Shown here piece by piece: positions 36,892 through 47,341 of a stretch of DNA of 64,000 bases. Position numbers and translations under genes: made by a program. Within the stretch, counting starts at the first letter, position 1; each line of letters begins with the position of its first letter. The notes under the pieces are model-generated. The model saw only the letters and a list, made by a program, of their open reading frames with translations. It had not been told where the DNA came from and did not search any database. Source of the stretch: Candidatus Parcubacteria bacterium (lineage in GTDB: Bacteria; Patescibacteriota; Minisyncoccia; Phycocordibacterales; Phycocordibacteraceae); assembly GCA_034666125.1 (NCBI GenBank), contig JAXDML010000007.1:5270-69269 (forward strand), given 5' to 3'.

Positions 36892-38382
36892 CTAGGAAAC
36901 CTGTAGGGGCAGATACGGGTTCGACATCTGCGGTACAAGGATCAATGGATTAGAACGTAAGTCCCATCCATAGTTATCGTACAGGTCGCCTATCGTCTGT
37001 TCCCCGGTAAACAAATACCGGTTCGCAAACTCCGAGTCGCCTTCGGTCTGGCTATAGGTCGACTGACCCGCCTCCCCGCCCGCCATCACTACTGGGACAG
37101 GCATCCGTCGATCCATGAGTTGCTCAAGAAATATCATCCCATAGGTGCCTGCCGAGCAGGTTTCAAGGATCAGTACGTCCGTCCGGGCCCTCTCAGGGTC
37201 CTCCGCGTAGCGGGCGGCGAAAGCCTCGGCGAGTTCATCTACCCAGAGCACGGCTTCGTCAGACCCCGAGGCATCCTGGAATACGACTTCCTGGTCGTTT
37301 CCGTGCATGCTCAGGATCGCGGTAATAGGGTCCTCGGTCGTCTCTATTGCCTCGAGAAACTCCGCTCGCGCATCGACTGATGTCCGCCCTGAGCCCTCGT
37401 CTGCGGCGAATATATGCACGTCCTCGGAAAGTTCCTTAATCCTCGATACTTGGCGCTCATCCATGAAGCGACCCTCTTCTCCGGCGGTTGCTCCGTACAA
37501 AACGGTATCGTTAAGGAACTTGTTGTTTCGCCACCGTTCCCGCTCCTTTTCTATGGTTTTTTGAGCTGCTTGAACGCTCTGACGTGTCGGATTCTTTCCT
37601 TTGAAATATTGGTACCGCGCGACAGAAACGACGTCTTCCGCCCACTCGAACCTGTCTCTGTTCTCCTCAGGGGTAAGCAGACGGCTGATCGCATCGACGC
37701 TGTCCAAGCTTGGCTCGCCGAAGAGCGGAGCCAGCGGGTCGCCCCCGACCTCCTCATATTCCTCGTCTCCCGGAAAGGACTCGATGTTATATTCCTGACT
37801 TATCCCCGTGTTGAAGACAAGGAGTTCCTCGGCGTCGAGGTGCTCATAAAAGATGTCGGCCAGGCCAGGATAGTCTTCCAAGAGGACATTCATGACCCGC
37901 ATCTTTTGCAGCCTGCCGACGCTCCCGTGATTCTCGGGAAGCGTATCAAGGAACTTCGTAAGGGCCTTTGATTCCTCCTCAGAAAAAGAGTCCGGAGTTT
38001 CCAGCACGTTAGCAACGATGTAACTACTGACATACAGATAGGCGTTATTCTCCGCGTACCTCGTATCGAGCTTCTTAAGCACCTTTAAGATCCGGCTGAA
38101 TTCGTCGGGATGAGAACCTGGAAACGTATCGTACAGGCGTACGAAGCTTTCGATGGCGAAGAGATTAACCTCCGGGTCCTTTTCCCTTGCGCGTTCCACG
38201 TCCCGTACTAGGGGTTTGATGCTTCTTATGATCTGAGCTTCGGAAATGAGGCGAGTATCGCTGGTATCGGCCTTCGCTTCGGGAACATACGCGAAACTAA
38301 GGACCACGGCGATTACTGCCACTAAGCAGAGTGCTGGCCTTCGCGAACGTAGCCGACTGCTCAGACTAAAATTAGTGGGCAT
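36892..38382 (-). CDS. Secreted protein with putative caspase/clostripain-fold (clan CD) protease domain
   Basis: Signal peptide (AKA|D); ILSMHG and DVLILETCSAG give a His-Gly/Cys dyad after beta-strands. Confidence 0.55.
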   Translation of the reverse strand: MPTNFSLSSRLRSRRPALCLVAVIAVVLSFAYVPEAKADTSDTRLISEAQIIRSIKPLVRDVERAREKDPEVNLFAIESFVRLYDTFPGSHPDEFSRILKVLKKLDTRYAENNAYLYVSSYIVANVLETPDSFSEEESKALTKFLDTLPENHGSVGRLQKMRVMNVLLEDYPGLADIFYEHLDAEELLVFNTGISQEYNIESFPGDEEYEEVGGDPLAPLFGEPSLDSVDAISRLLTPEENRDRFEWAEDVVSVARYQYFKGKNPTRQSVQAAQKTIEKERERWRNNKFLNDTVLYGATAGEEGRFMDERQVSRIKELSEDVHIFAADEGSGRTSVDARAEFLEAIETTEDPITAILSMHGNDQEVVFQDASGSDEAVLWVDELAEAFAARYAEDPERARTDVLILETCSAGTYGMIFLEQLMDRRMPVPVVMAGGEAGQSTYSQTEGDSEFANRYLFTGEQTIGDLYDNYGWDLRSNPLILVPQMSNPYLPLQVS

Positions 38383-38472
38383 GTAAGAAGCCTATGGGCG
38401 TGCGCTCATGCATCCACGGTAGCACCGGAACCGAATATCGTGTCCCGTTACTGGGGACAGTAGGACCTAGGT

Positions 38473-39681
38473 CTACGAAATACTGCCCGCCAGGTTATAG
38501 ATAGGAATGAGCACGGAAGCGAGGAGCGTACCCACGCCGAGGCCGAGGAGCACGATCATGAGCGGTTCGATGAGGTCGACGAGCGTATCGACGGCGGTCG
38601 TGACCTCGCGGCGGTAGAACTTGGCGAGGGTATTGAGGATATTGCCGAGCTCGCCGGTCTCCTCGCCGACCTTGATCATGGCGGTCATGATGCCCGGAAT
38701 CTCCGGATGCTGCCCGAAGGCGTCCGAGATGGAGGAGCCCCCCTTCACGGCTTCGGCGGTCTCCTTGAGCACGCGTTCGTACGTCGCGCTCCCCACGACC
38801 GAAGCGGTGATGTCTACCGCTTCGACGACCGGGACGCCCGACACGAGCATGGTCGAGAAGTTATCCGCGATGCGCGAGAGGTAGAGCTTCTGGTAGAGGT
38901 CGCCGAGGTACGGGAAATCGAGCTTGAAGCTGTCGAAGAAGAGCTTGCCCGCGGGCGTCTCGAGCGCGCGGTACGCGAAGACCGCCGCGATCACGAGCGC
39001 AAGCAGGATGAAGAAGCCGTAGTGGACGAGGAAGTCCGAGAGTCCGATGACGATCTTGGTATAGAGCGGGATATCCTGTCCCGACTCGACCAGGATCTGA
39101 CTGATGCGCGGGATCACCATCGTGAGCATGAGGCCCATTACGATGACGAAGACGCCGATGACGAAGGCCGGGTAGATGAGCGCGTTCTGCGCTTTGCTCT
39201 GCACCTCGTACGTGCGGTCGAGGTAGTCCGCGAGGTACCCGAAGGTCTCGGAGAGCTTTCCGGACTCCTCGCCGGCGTGCACCATGTTCACGTAGAAGTT
39301 CGAGAAGACCTTCGGGTGCCGCGCCATAGCCTTCGAGATGGGGCTCCCGCCCTGCAGATCGTCCGCAAGCTGGGTCAGGATCTCGGACAGGTACTTATTG
39401 TCCACCTCGGCGGCGAGCAGGCGGAAGATGCGGAGCGCCGACACCTGCGCCTCGAACAGCGTCGCTATCTGGCGCGAAAGGATGACGACGTCGCGATTCG
39501 ATACCCGCTTGAAGAAGGCGAGGTCCTGCGTGAGCACCGACTTCTTCACTGCGGGCTCGATGTTGGAGACGATGAGGTTGCGGCGCTGGAGCGTCCCCAC
39601 CGCTACGTCCATGGAGAGCGCCTCCACGGTCCCTTCCCGTTCGTGGCCGTCCCGGTCGAGTGCGCGATAGCTGAAAAGCAT
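38473..39681 (-). CDS. pilC: Type IV pilus platform protein
   Basis: GEESGKL, ALIYP, GEETGEL, LIEP. Confidence 0.93.
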   Translation of the reverse strand: MLFSYRALDRDGHEREGTVEALSMDVAVGTLQRRNLIVSNIEPAVKKSVLTQDLAFFKRVSNRDVVILSRQIATLFEAQVSALRIFRLLAAEVDNKYLSEILTQLADDLQGGSPISKAMARHPKVFSNFYVNMVHAGEESGKLSETFGYLADYLDRTYEVQSKAQNALIYPAFVIGVFVIVMGLMLTMVIPRISQILVESGQDIPLYTKIVIGLSDFLVHYGFFILLALVIAAVFAYRALETPAGKLFFDSFKLDFPYLGDLYQKLYLSRIADNFSTMLVSGVPVVEAVDITASVVGSATYERVLKETAEAVKGGSSISDAFGQHPEIPGIMTAMIKVGEETGELGNILNTLAKFYRREVTTAVDTLVDLIEPLMIVLLGLGVGTLLASVLIPIYNLAGSIS

Positions 39682-39684
39682 AGG

Positions 39685-40752
39685 TTACAGGTAGCGTTCG
39701 AAGGTCTTCGGGTCGAGGGCGCGCGAGTACGCGTGCTCGATGGTCACTTCCCCGCGGCGCACGAGCTCGGCGAGCGAACGGTCCATGTCGATCATGCCCT
39801 CTTGAGAGGATGTCTGCACGACGGTCGTGATCTCGTGGGTGCGACCCTCGCGAATGAGGTTCGCCACCGCGCTGTTGTTGATAAGGAGCTCGTACGCCGG
39901 GATGAGTCCTCCCGCGATGCGCGGCACGAGCCGCTGCGAGAAGATGCCGGCGAGAGAGCCCGCGAGCTGCACGCGCACCTGGCCCTGCTGGCTCGACGGA
40001 AACATGTCAATTATACGATCGATGGTCTGCGCGGCGTTGTTGGTGTGAAGCGTCGAAAGCACCAGGTGTCCGGTCTCGGCGGCGGTCACCGCGCTCGAAA
40101 TGGTCTCCTGGTCGCGCATCTCGCCCACCATGATGACGTTCACGTCCTCGCGGAAAGCGGCCTGGAGCGCGGCCTGGAAGCTCGGCGCATCCACGTGCAC
40201 CTCGCGTTGATGGATGAGCGACTTCTTCGCGTCGAAAAGATATTCCACCGGGTCCTCGATGGTGACGATGTGCTCGGCGCGGGTCTCGTTGATGCGGTCG
40301 ATAAGCGCGGCGAGGGTCGTCGATTTTCCCTGTCCGACCGGGCCCACGCACAGGAAGAAGCCCTGCTGGCGCTGGGTGAAGACTTCGAGGATGGGCGGGA
40401 GATTGAGGCTCGCGAACGTGCGCGTCTCGTGCGGGATGAGGCGCATGGCGAGCGTCACGCCGGTCTGCACGGTATAACCGTTCACGCGAAAGCGCGCCTT
40501 CTCGGTATGCGCGTATGAAAAGTCAACCGACTGCTGCTGCTCGAAGGTCGGCATGCGCTCAGGAGGAAGGAGCAGCTTCAGGATGGCGAGGGTGTCCTCG
40601 TTCGTGAGCAGCGGGTGCTGCAGGAGCGGCACGAGCGAGCCCGAGACGCGGATGATGGGGTTGTGCCCGACCGAAAGGTGGAGATCGGAGCCGCCTTCCG
40701 ATACGACGGTGTCGAGGAGCGTACTGATCAGTGCTTTCGGGTCGCTGCTCAT
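39685..40752 (-). CDS. pilT: Pilus retraction ATPase
   Basis: SDLHL, GQGKSTT, TIEDPVE, AAETGHLVLSTLHT, ANLIRE. Confidence 0.93.
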   Translation of the reverse strand: MSSDPKALISTLLDTVVSEGGSDLHLSVGHNPIIRVSGSLVPLLQHPLLTNEDTLAILKLLLPPERMPTFEQQQSVDFSYAHTEKARFRVNGYTVQTGVTLAMRLIPHETRTFASLNLPPILEVFTQRQQGFFLCVGPVGQGKSTTLAALIDRINETRAEHIVTIEDPVEYLFDAKKSLIHQREVHVDAPSFQAALQAAFREDVNVIMVGEMRDQETISSAVTAAETGHLVLSTLHTNNAAQTIDRIIDMFPSSQQGQVRVQLAGSLAGIFSQRLVPRIAGGLIPAYELLINNSAVANLIREGRTHEITTVVQTSSQEGMIDMDRSLAELVRRGEVTIEHAYSRALDPKTFERYL

Positions 40753-41135
40753 GCGGGCTTCTCGATTATCTTTATCGTCTCCGAGTACACTTCCGAAGGA
40801 ATGGCCGAAGCCTTGATGATGTATCCGTCGGCGCCGAGGGACTTCGCGCGCTCGAGATCCGCCTCGGCGCCCTGGTTCGAGAGCACGATGACCTTCGCCG
40901 TACCAGCGAGGCCTTCTTTCTTGACGGCTTCGAGCACTTCGAAGCCGTCAATGCCGGGCATGACGATGTCGAGGAGCATGGCGTCGGGCTTCGGGTCCTT
41001 GCGCAGGGCCTCGAGCGCGAGCTCCCCGCCCTGGAAGGCGGTCACCTCATGACCCGCGTTACGGAACTTCACAGCGTACATGTCGAGCAGGAAACGGTCA
41101 TCATCGACGAGATAGATGCGATAGGGCTTGGGCAT
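40749..41135 (-). CDS. Single-domain response regulator
   Basis: LVDDD, LLDIVMPGIDG, GADGYIIK. Confidence 0.9.
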   Translation of the reverse strand: MPKPYRIYLVDDDRFLLDMYAVKFRNAGHEVTAFQGGELALEALRKDPKPDAMLLDIVMPGIDGFEVLEAVKKEGLAGTAKVIVLSNQGAEADLERAKSLGADGYIIKASAIPSEVYSETIKIIEKPA

Positions 41136-41145
41136 ACGTAAATAT

Positions 41146-42903
41146 TTAGGGGGTCGGCGCGGTCTTCTCCTCCTCTTCTTCGTTCCCTTCGGCGAGGAAC
41201 ACGCCGCCGAGCGTACTCACCTCCGAGAACGGGATTTCGCCCCCGAGTGCCTTAATGATAGCATCCTCGCGCATGGTGAGCATGCCCTTCCCGCGGGCGG
41301 CCGCGTAGACATGCTCCTCGACCGGGTCCTTCAGCACTACCGCCTCGAGCTCCTTATCCATCTTCAGGATCTCGAAGACGGCCATGCGCCCGCGCGTGCC
41401 GTTCGGGCAGTCGTCGGTGGGCGTCGCCTCGTAGAACGCGGTGAACTTCGGGAGCTCGTCGCGCTGCTCCTTCGGCAGGTCGGCGAACTCCTTCTCGAGC
41501 ATGATCTTGATCGAGTCCGAGACCGGAAGCTCCTTCCCGGCGCCCGGGCACAGACGCCGCACGAGGCGCTGGCCGATGGCGGCGATCAGGGTCGGCGCGA
41601 TGAGATACGGGTCGACCCCCATGTCGATAAGGCGCGGGATGACCCCCGCAGCGGTGTTCGTGTGGATCGTCGAGAAGACTAAGTGCCCTGTCAGTGCAGC
41701 TTGAATGGCGAGCTGCGCGGTCTCCTTGTCGCGTATCTCGCCGACCATGATGATGTCCGGGTCCTGGCGGAGTATCGAGCGGAGCCCCGCAGCGAACGTA
41801 TAGCCGATCTCCGGGTGCACCTGCGACTGCGCGACGTTCGGTATCTCGTACTCCACCGGGTCCTCGATCGACACGACGTTCGCCGCCTCGCGGTTGAGCG
41901 CCGAAAGCATCGCGAACAGCGTCGTCGACTTACCCGATCCGGTCGGTCCCGAGATGAGCACGATGCCGTACGGGCGATCCAGGATTTCGCGGATGGTCGC
42001 GAGATCCTGCTTCGTAAAGCCCAGGGTCTCGATGGTCGCGAGGGACTTCGAACGGTCGAGGATGCGCATCACGACCTTCTCGCCGTACTGTGTCGGGAAG
42101 GTCGATACGCGGAAGTCGATGCGACGCTTCTCCACCGTCGCCGAGAATCTTCCGTCCTGGGGCTTCCGTTTCTCGTCGAGGCGCATCTGGGAAAGGATCT
42201 TGATGCGCGCGACGACCGCCGGATGCACCTTCCCGGGCAGTTCAAGCGACGTGTGCAGTTCGCCGTCCATACGAAAGCGTACGTGCGTCTTCTCCGGCGA
42301 CGGCTCGACGTGGATGTCGGATGCGCCTCCCTCCACCGCGTACCGGAGGATGGTCGCGACGATCTTCGTCACCGGCGCGTCCTCCTTGATGACCGTGTCG
42401 ATGGACTCGTCCCGGACCTCCTCGTCGGGCCCTTTTACGGGTTCGAGTTCCGAAAGCGCCTCGCCAACCTTCTCCGAAAGGCTTCCGTACTCCTCGATGA
42501 CCTTCGCGAAGTCCGCCTGGCTGATGAGAAAGACCTTGTACGGAAGACCGACGCGCGTGGAGATGAACTGGAGCGCGTCCAAGGCCTCGATGTTATCCGG
42601 GTCGGTGACGCCCACGGCGAGCGCGCCGTCCTCCACGCCGATCGGCACGAAGCCGTAATGCCGCGCCGACTCCTCGGGGATATACTCGAGCGCTTCCTTG
42701 CCGACCGCCGACTGCGGAGGGAGGGAACGCATGGGGATACCGTACCGTTCCGCCGCCCGCTTGAGCGTATCCTCTACGTTGATGCCGCGCTTCTCGAGCA
42801 GGGTCTCCACGGGAGCGTTACTGGTGCGCGCCTCGTCCGCGACGGCCTTCGCCGCCTCGACGGTCAACGCGCCCGATTCGGTGAGTAGGGTGAGGATATT
42901 CAT
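41146..42903 (-). CDS. pilB: Pilus assembly ATPase
   Basis: ASDIHVEP, PQDGR, GPTGSGKSTT, LRQDPD, ALTGHLV. Confidence 0.93.
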   Translation of the reverse strand: MNILTLLTESGALTVEAAKAVADEARTSNAPVETLLEKRGINVEDTLKRAAERYGIPMRSLPPQSAVGKEALEYIPEESARHYGFVPIGVEDGALAVGVTDPDNIEALDALQFISTRVGLPYKVFLISQADFAKVIEEYGSLSEKVGEALSELEPVKGPDEEVRDESIDTVIKEDAPVTKIVATILRYAVEGGASDIHVEPSPEKTHVRFRMDGELHTSLELPGKVHPAVVARIKILSQMRLDEKRKPQDGRFSATVEKRRIDFRVSTFPTQYGEKVVMRILDRSKSLATIETLGFTKQDLATIREILDRPYGIVLISGPTGSGKSTTLFAMLSALNREAANVVSIEDPVEYEIPNVAQSQVHPEIGYTFAAGLRSILRQDPDIIMVGEIRDKETAQLAIQAALTGHLVFSTIHTNTAAGVIPRLIDMGVDPYLIAPTLIAAIGQRLVRRLCPGAGKELPVSDSIKIMLEKEFADLPKEQRDELPKFTAFYEATPTDDCPNGTRGRMAVFEILKMDKELEAVVLKDPVEEHVYAAARGKGMLTMREDAIIKALGGEIPFSEVSTLGGVFLAEGNEEEEEKTAPTP

Positions 42904-42985
42904 CCGTTCGTAAAGTACGCTGCCATACGTATATATGAGTATACCGCGCGATGACGGCTGCCTGACTCCCTATTAACGGTCTTGG

Positions 42986-43282
42986 TTAACTCCCTAGCGG
43001 GCCGAACGGGTCCGTGCGGCCCTGCGGTTCCGGGACGACCTCGGTGCGGATGTCGACCAGATTCCTGAAGCGCTGATCGTCGAGGATGCGCGCGTCGAAC
43101 TCGATCGGGTCGAGCTGGCTCACGAGCGTGATGAAGGAAAGCTCGGCTTCGGTCGCGGGCGCGTCGGCCGAAAGCACGGTCTCGTCGGAGGACCTGGCTA
43201 CGAAAAAGAAGTAATAGAAGCCGCCGAGCAGCACGACGACTGCGCAGATGATGGTGAGGAGGTTCTTGCGGGAGAGGTGCAT
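42986..43282 (-). CDS. Small pilus-associated membrane protein
   Basis: TM helix and GRTDPF tail; follows pilO. Confidence 0.65.
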   Translation of the reverse strand: MHLSRKNLLTIICAVVVLLGGFYYFFFVARSSDETVLSADAPATEAELSFITLVSQLDPIEFDARILDDQRFRNLVDIRTEVVPEPQGRTDPFGPLGS

Positions 43283-43290
43283 AAGGTTTA

Positions 43291-43866
43291 TTAGCGGAGC
43301 CAGTAGAGGCGTATGGTCATGTCGTACTTGTAGACGCCGGTCGGGGAGTCCTGGACCGAGACCGAGACCACGTCGAGCAGGCGGAGGCTCGATTCGATGC
43401 CGTCGAGAAGGGTCCTGAAGGCCGCGTACGTACCCGTCGCGGACACGGTGATCTCGAGCGAGTCTATCGGACCGTCGGACGTGAGCGAAGCCGTCGGATC
43501 GCCCGGCGTTCCGGCGTTCTGCTGCGGCGTGGTCCCTACGTTGCCCTGGCCCGTATCGAAGTCCGAAAGCGTGACGCCCGAGCGCGCGGCGAGGGTGTTC
43601 AGGTCGAGGATGATCTGCACGTTGTCGACGCCATCAGGAAGGAAGCTCGCGAGACGCGCCAAGCCGTCGGAAGGTATGTTCGACTGCGCGACGATGAGCT
43701 GCCCTTCCCGCTCCTTGAAATGCTCCGCCGCCTGGAGCGCGCTTTCGTAGCTGTCGATCTGCGCCTTCTTCTCGGCGATGCTGCCCGCGCGGGTCGGGTT
43801 GATATAGCCGAAGAACAGGCCTACGGCGATCACGAGAGCGACGATGGGGAATATGCGGGACATCAT
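43291..43866 (-). CDS. pilO: PilO-like alignment protein
   Basis: TM, LP, GTY..F..IESSLRL; position in the operon. Confidence 0.75.
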   Translation of the reverse strand: MMSRIFPIVALVIAVGLFFGYINPTRAGSIAEKKAQIDSYESALQAAEHFKEREGQLIVAQSNIPSDGLARLASFLPDGVDNVQIILDLNTLAARSGVTLSDFDTGQGNVGTTPQQNAGTPGDPTASLTSDGPIDSLEITVSATGTYAAFRTLLDGIESSLRLLDVVSVSVQDSPTGVYKYDMTIRLYWLR

Positions 43867-44573
43867 GGTGTGAGTGCGGGCACGGACGGAAGCGCCGGGG
43901 TGCCCGTAGCGGCGGGAGTCGTCGTCGCGGGCACCGTCTGTAATGGCGTGGGTGCGACCGCAGGAACGCTCAGCGTATCGGCCGAAGGCGCATCGGTGCC
44001 GATGGACGTGACGAGCTTCGCGTCGAGGTCGGCGGTAAGCCTGAAGTTCACGGTCTTGTTCGGGTTCACGATGATGCCCGAGAAGATCGCGCGACGGATG
44101 CCCTTCTCGGCGGCGAAGGCGTTCGACTGCGCGGCGAGCGCGTTGAAATTCCGCGCGGTGCCCTCGATCTCGATCTGCGCCGTATGATCGTCGGCGACGG
44201 TCAGGTCGAGGTTCGTAAAGCGGACGCTCGCGAGGGTCTGCGCCTCAAGTACGTCGAAGACCTGCGAAAGTGCGATATGGTTCCCGAGGAGGTCCCGGCC
44301 GTACGTAAGGCGGTCGCGCAATCGGACGAATTCCTCCACCTGTTCCTCGTTGACCTGGCGCTGCGCGATTGCGAGCTCTTCGGCCTTCACTTGGAGCGCG
44401 TGGGCCAGGTAGCGGTCATAGGCATAGGTGCCGGCTGCGGCGAGGATCGCGAGGCCGAAGACGAACATCGAGATGACGAGGAACAGGTTATGCCCGCCGC
44501 TCTGCGCGCGGCGCTGGTCGGGCGTCGACTGCCTGGGTACGAACGAGGTCGGAATGCCTGGAGAAAGGGCCAC
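43863..44573 (-). CDS. pilN: PilN-like alignment protein
   Basis: TSFVP, TM, coiled coil, IEGTA; GTG start below TATACT. Confidence 0.7.
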   Translation of the reverse strand: MALSPGIPTSFVPRQSTPDQRRAQSGGHNLFLVISMFVFGLAILAAAGTYAYDRYLAHALQVKAEELAIAQRQVNEEQVEEFVRLRDRLTYGRDLLGNHIALSQVFDVLEAQTLASVRFTNLDLTVADDHTAQIEIEGTARNFNALAAQSNAFAAEKGIRRAIFSGIIVNPNKTVNFRLTADLDAKLVTSIGTDAPSADTLSVPAVAPTPLQTVPATTTPAATGTPALPSVPALTP

Positions 44574-44665
44574 GAGGCTTAGTATACGCTAGGTATCCGC
44601 AGGCTGCAGGCGCGTTATGCACAGGGGTAGAGGAACGACAGGTTGTCCAGGATGATATGGGAGAC

Positions 44666-45274
44666 CTAGCTCGAAAGGCTTACGATATCCGCGACAATTT
44701 CCGATAGCTCTTCTCCATTGAAGTGACCATCAGTATTGAATACCCGTGTTTGAGCCTTAGGAAGCTCGGTACGATACCGTTCGAAATTGGAAAACGGCAC
44801 TATTTCATCATCTTTGCTGTGATAGATATATATCTGTCCTCCCTGTTCCTGAAACTCCTCGAGCGTTCCGAGTATATTGAAGTCGGCACGAGGATGTTCC
44901 GTAAGAGTGTTATAAGGAGTAGCGACGAGGAATGTCGCTCGAATCTTTCTGGGAAAGTCATTCTCGGCCAAGTATTTCGCAAGGAAGATACCTCCAAGCG
45001 AGTGACCTATGAGAATAATTCCGTCCTCCAGATACGGAATGAATTTCTCAAACCAGATTTTCCATTCGATATATCTCGCATTTTCCTTATTAGGCATCTG
45101 CGGGTTATACACGTCATAGCCAGCTCCTAATTTCTCGCCAAGAGAGAGTTTCCAACTTCTGCCTTTGCCTCGTAAATACTCAAGATCAACCTCTTTCTTT
45201 TTAAGATGCTCGAGATACTCCTCGTACGAGTTTCTGGCGTGCCCGCCATGAATTACAAAAACCTGGATTTTCAT
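44666..45274 (-). CDS. RBBP9/YdeN-family alpha/beta hydrolase
   Basis: IHGG, GHSLGG, HSKDDEIVP, GHF; AT-rich. Confidence 0.88.
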   Translation of the reverse strand: MKIQVFVIHGGHARNSYEEYLEHLKKKEVDLEYLRGKGRSWKLSLGEKLGAGYDVYNPQMPNKENARYIEWKIWFEKFIPYLEDGIILIGHSLGGIFLAKYLAENDFPRKIRATFLVATPYNTLTEHPRADFNILGTLEEFQEQGGQIYIYHSKDDEIVPFSNFERYRTELPKAQTRVFNTDGHFNGEELSEIVADIVSLSS

Positions 45275-45291
45275 ATTGGATAAAGGTGTTG

Positions 45292-46380
45292 CTACGCGCG
45301 CTCTTCCAGCTTCCGCAACGCCAGCCCGACGGCGACGGCAAACTCGGGGCCGATCTCGGCCAGTACAGGACGCATGAATGCCGGGGCTTCGGCTTTCTTG
45401 AAGGGATCGGCGATCGTAACGGGAATCGAGAAGAACTCCTTCGCGTAGGTACCGAGATCCTTCGTGACCCCTCCCCCGCCCGTGAGCACGATGCCGCTGA
45501 TGCTTTTCTGATTGACCGTCTCGAATTGCGACATCACACGGCGGGCTTCATCGAAGATGCGGGAGAATACCGCCTCGATGGTACTGCGATCGTATGCCGG
45601 CGCGGTCGTACTGAACCCATGCTGTTTCTTGAGGCTTTCCGCCTGTCCTATGGAGAACCCGTGCGCGGTCGCGATGTTGCGCGTCACGTCCTGGCCGCCC
45701 TGGGGGATGTTGTGCGAGAAAGCGACCACGCCGTGCTCGACGACGTACACCTTCGTCGCCGACGCGCCGATGTCGAGCACGAGCACCGGGAGGACCTGCT
45801 CGTCCACGACCGAACGTATCGTGCTGAAGATCTCTATCTCATAGAAACTCGCTGCAAGGCTCGCACCCTGCACCACGCCCTCAAGGAGCTTCAGCTCGTC
45901 GTTATGCACCGCGACCACGAGCACCTTCATCTTATCGGGCGGTTGTGCGCCCTCGGGGAGCGGCTCCGGGATGACGAACCAGTCGAGCTGGACCTCCGAC
46001 ACCGGTACGGGGATGTACTTGCGCGCCTCAAGCTCCACCATCGTGCGCTGCTCTTCCGCGTCGTCGCGTCGCGGGAGCGTGATGAGGGTGAGGAGCGAGC
46101 GGGAGAACGGGATGGAGATGCCCGCATCGTTGGTCGTCACGCTCGACTCGCGCAGGAGGTCGCGGAGCGTCTCGGCGATCTTGTCCGCAGTAAGATTCGT
46201 CGCCTGTCCCACTTCGCCGCCGGCGTAGGGGCCGAGCGCGAGCTCGCCGTATGTCTCGAGCACGGCAGTCTGGCCGTCAAGCCGCAGCTGCACGACCTTC
46301 AAGGACGAGGAACCGACATCGACACCGATGACGCTCCTACTTTTCTGCTTCCCGCCGAATAGTCCGGAAAAAAGACCCAT
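45292..46380 (-). CDS. pilM: Type IV pilus assembly protein PilM
   Basis: IGVDVGSSSLK, LDIGA, VLTGGG, AVAVGLALR. Confidence 0.93.
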   Translation of the reverse strand: MGLFSGLFGGKQKSRSVIGVDVGSSSLKVVQLRLDGQTAVLETYGELALGPYAGGEVGQATNLTADKIAETLRDLLRESSVTTNDAGISIPFSRSLLTLITLPRRDDAEEQRTMVELEARKYIPVPVSEVQLDWFVIPEPLPEGAQPPDKMKVLVVAVHNDELKLLEGVVQGASLAASFYEIEIFSTIRSVVDEQVLPVLVLDIGASATKVYVVEHGVVAFSHNIPQGGQDVTRNIATAHGFSIGQAESLKKQHGFSTTAPAYDRSTIEAVFSRIFDEARRVMSQFETVNQKSISGIVLTGGGGVTKDLGTYAKEFFSIPVTIADPFKKAEAPAFMRPVLAEIGPEFAVAVGLALRKLEERA

Positions 46381-46483
46381 GCGGGGATTGTAGCATTTCG
46401 GGAGGGGGTTCTGCCGCAGGAGTTAACGCTTTTCTGCATCGCAAGGCACGTTCTGCACCTATATGATAGAGGACTGCGGTACT

Positions 46484-47278
46484 TTAAGCAGATCGAGCAA
46501 TACGTAGAGCTCTTGCAACGCCTTTTTTCTTGCCGATACTTGCGTCAAAAGCTCCTATATCAATTGCATGTAAGAACGTGTACCAGCACATAGCTTCTTT
46601 CTCGTGAGAAAAGCGATGCCTTGAATATGCTTTTCGAAATTTTGTATATAGTTTCGGATGAAAATATTTAAACGGTGCCAAGTCATATAGTTCATCTCCC
46701 CAGAACGGGCCTTCGAAATCTAGAAAGAATACTTCGCCTTCAGGGGTAACACGAATATTATCAAGATGTAAATCCGCATGAATGATTGCCGGCTTGAAAG
46801 CGCGAATACCTAAGTCAGAAAGCTCTTTTGCGCGCCGTTCTAACTCTTTCAATTCTTTCATATTTAAAAAACCTAATGCATGCATAGCTTGAAGTCCCTT
46901 TTTCATTCTTTTGTGCATAAACTTAATCCAGTTTTGTGATGTATTTTTCAACGGTTTGCTTAGTTCCCCAAGATGGTTGCTTCGAACGGTGTGTAATTTA
47001 TTGAAGGCAGCAGCGATGTTCCTAAGTAAAGTGGCCTTGCTGATATTCGATCCTTGGGGATTCGTGCCGGGAATATAATCCATGAATATGGCTTTGTTGC
47101 GCACTGACCGGACTCTTGGAACAGCGATGCCGTTTTTGGCGAGGAGTTTAAGCGCGGCCGCCTCTTTGCGTACATCTCCGTATTCTGAAGTTTTTACAAC
47201 TACCTTCTTGTGCTTATAGGACCGTAAAATTACCTTACTAGCCTCGCCGCCTACAAGAAAAGTTTCGCTGTATTTCAT
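46484..47278 (-). CDS. Aminoglycoside phosphotransferase/choline kinase-like protein
   Basis: IHADLHLDNI, FLDFE, GDELYDLA; AT-rich. Confidence 0.8.
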   Translation of the reverse strand: MKYSETFLVGGEASKVILRSYKHKKVVVKTSEYGDVRKEAAALKLLAKNGIAVPRVRSVRNKAIFMDYIPGTNPQGSNISKATLLRNIAAAFNKLHTVRSNHLGELSKPLKNTSQNWIKFMHKRMKKGLQAMHALGFLNMKELKELERRAKELSDLGIRAFKPAIIHADLHLDNIRVTPEGEVFFLDFEGPFWGDELYDLAPFKYFHPKLYTKFRKAYSRHRFSHEKEAMCWYTFLHAIDIGAFDASIGKKKGVARALRIARSA

Positions 47279-47341
47279 ATCTAGTTTTACAACGTAAGTT
47301 CAATAATTTAAGCGGGGTCCTTCGATACTAAATACTTCAGG

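Noticed and set aside
38707-42888. Long plus-strand ORFs opposite pilC/pilT/pilB, and similar ones opposite ftsH, the M3 peptidase and ABC genes
   Set aside because: Antisense shadow ORFs expected in high-GC coding DNA; no recognisable motifs.
46484-47278. Aminoglycoside resistance gene
   Set aside because: Only generic APH/choline-kinase motifs; the substrate cannot be inferred.
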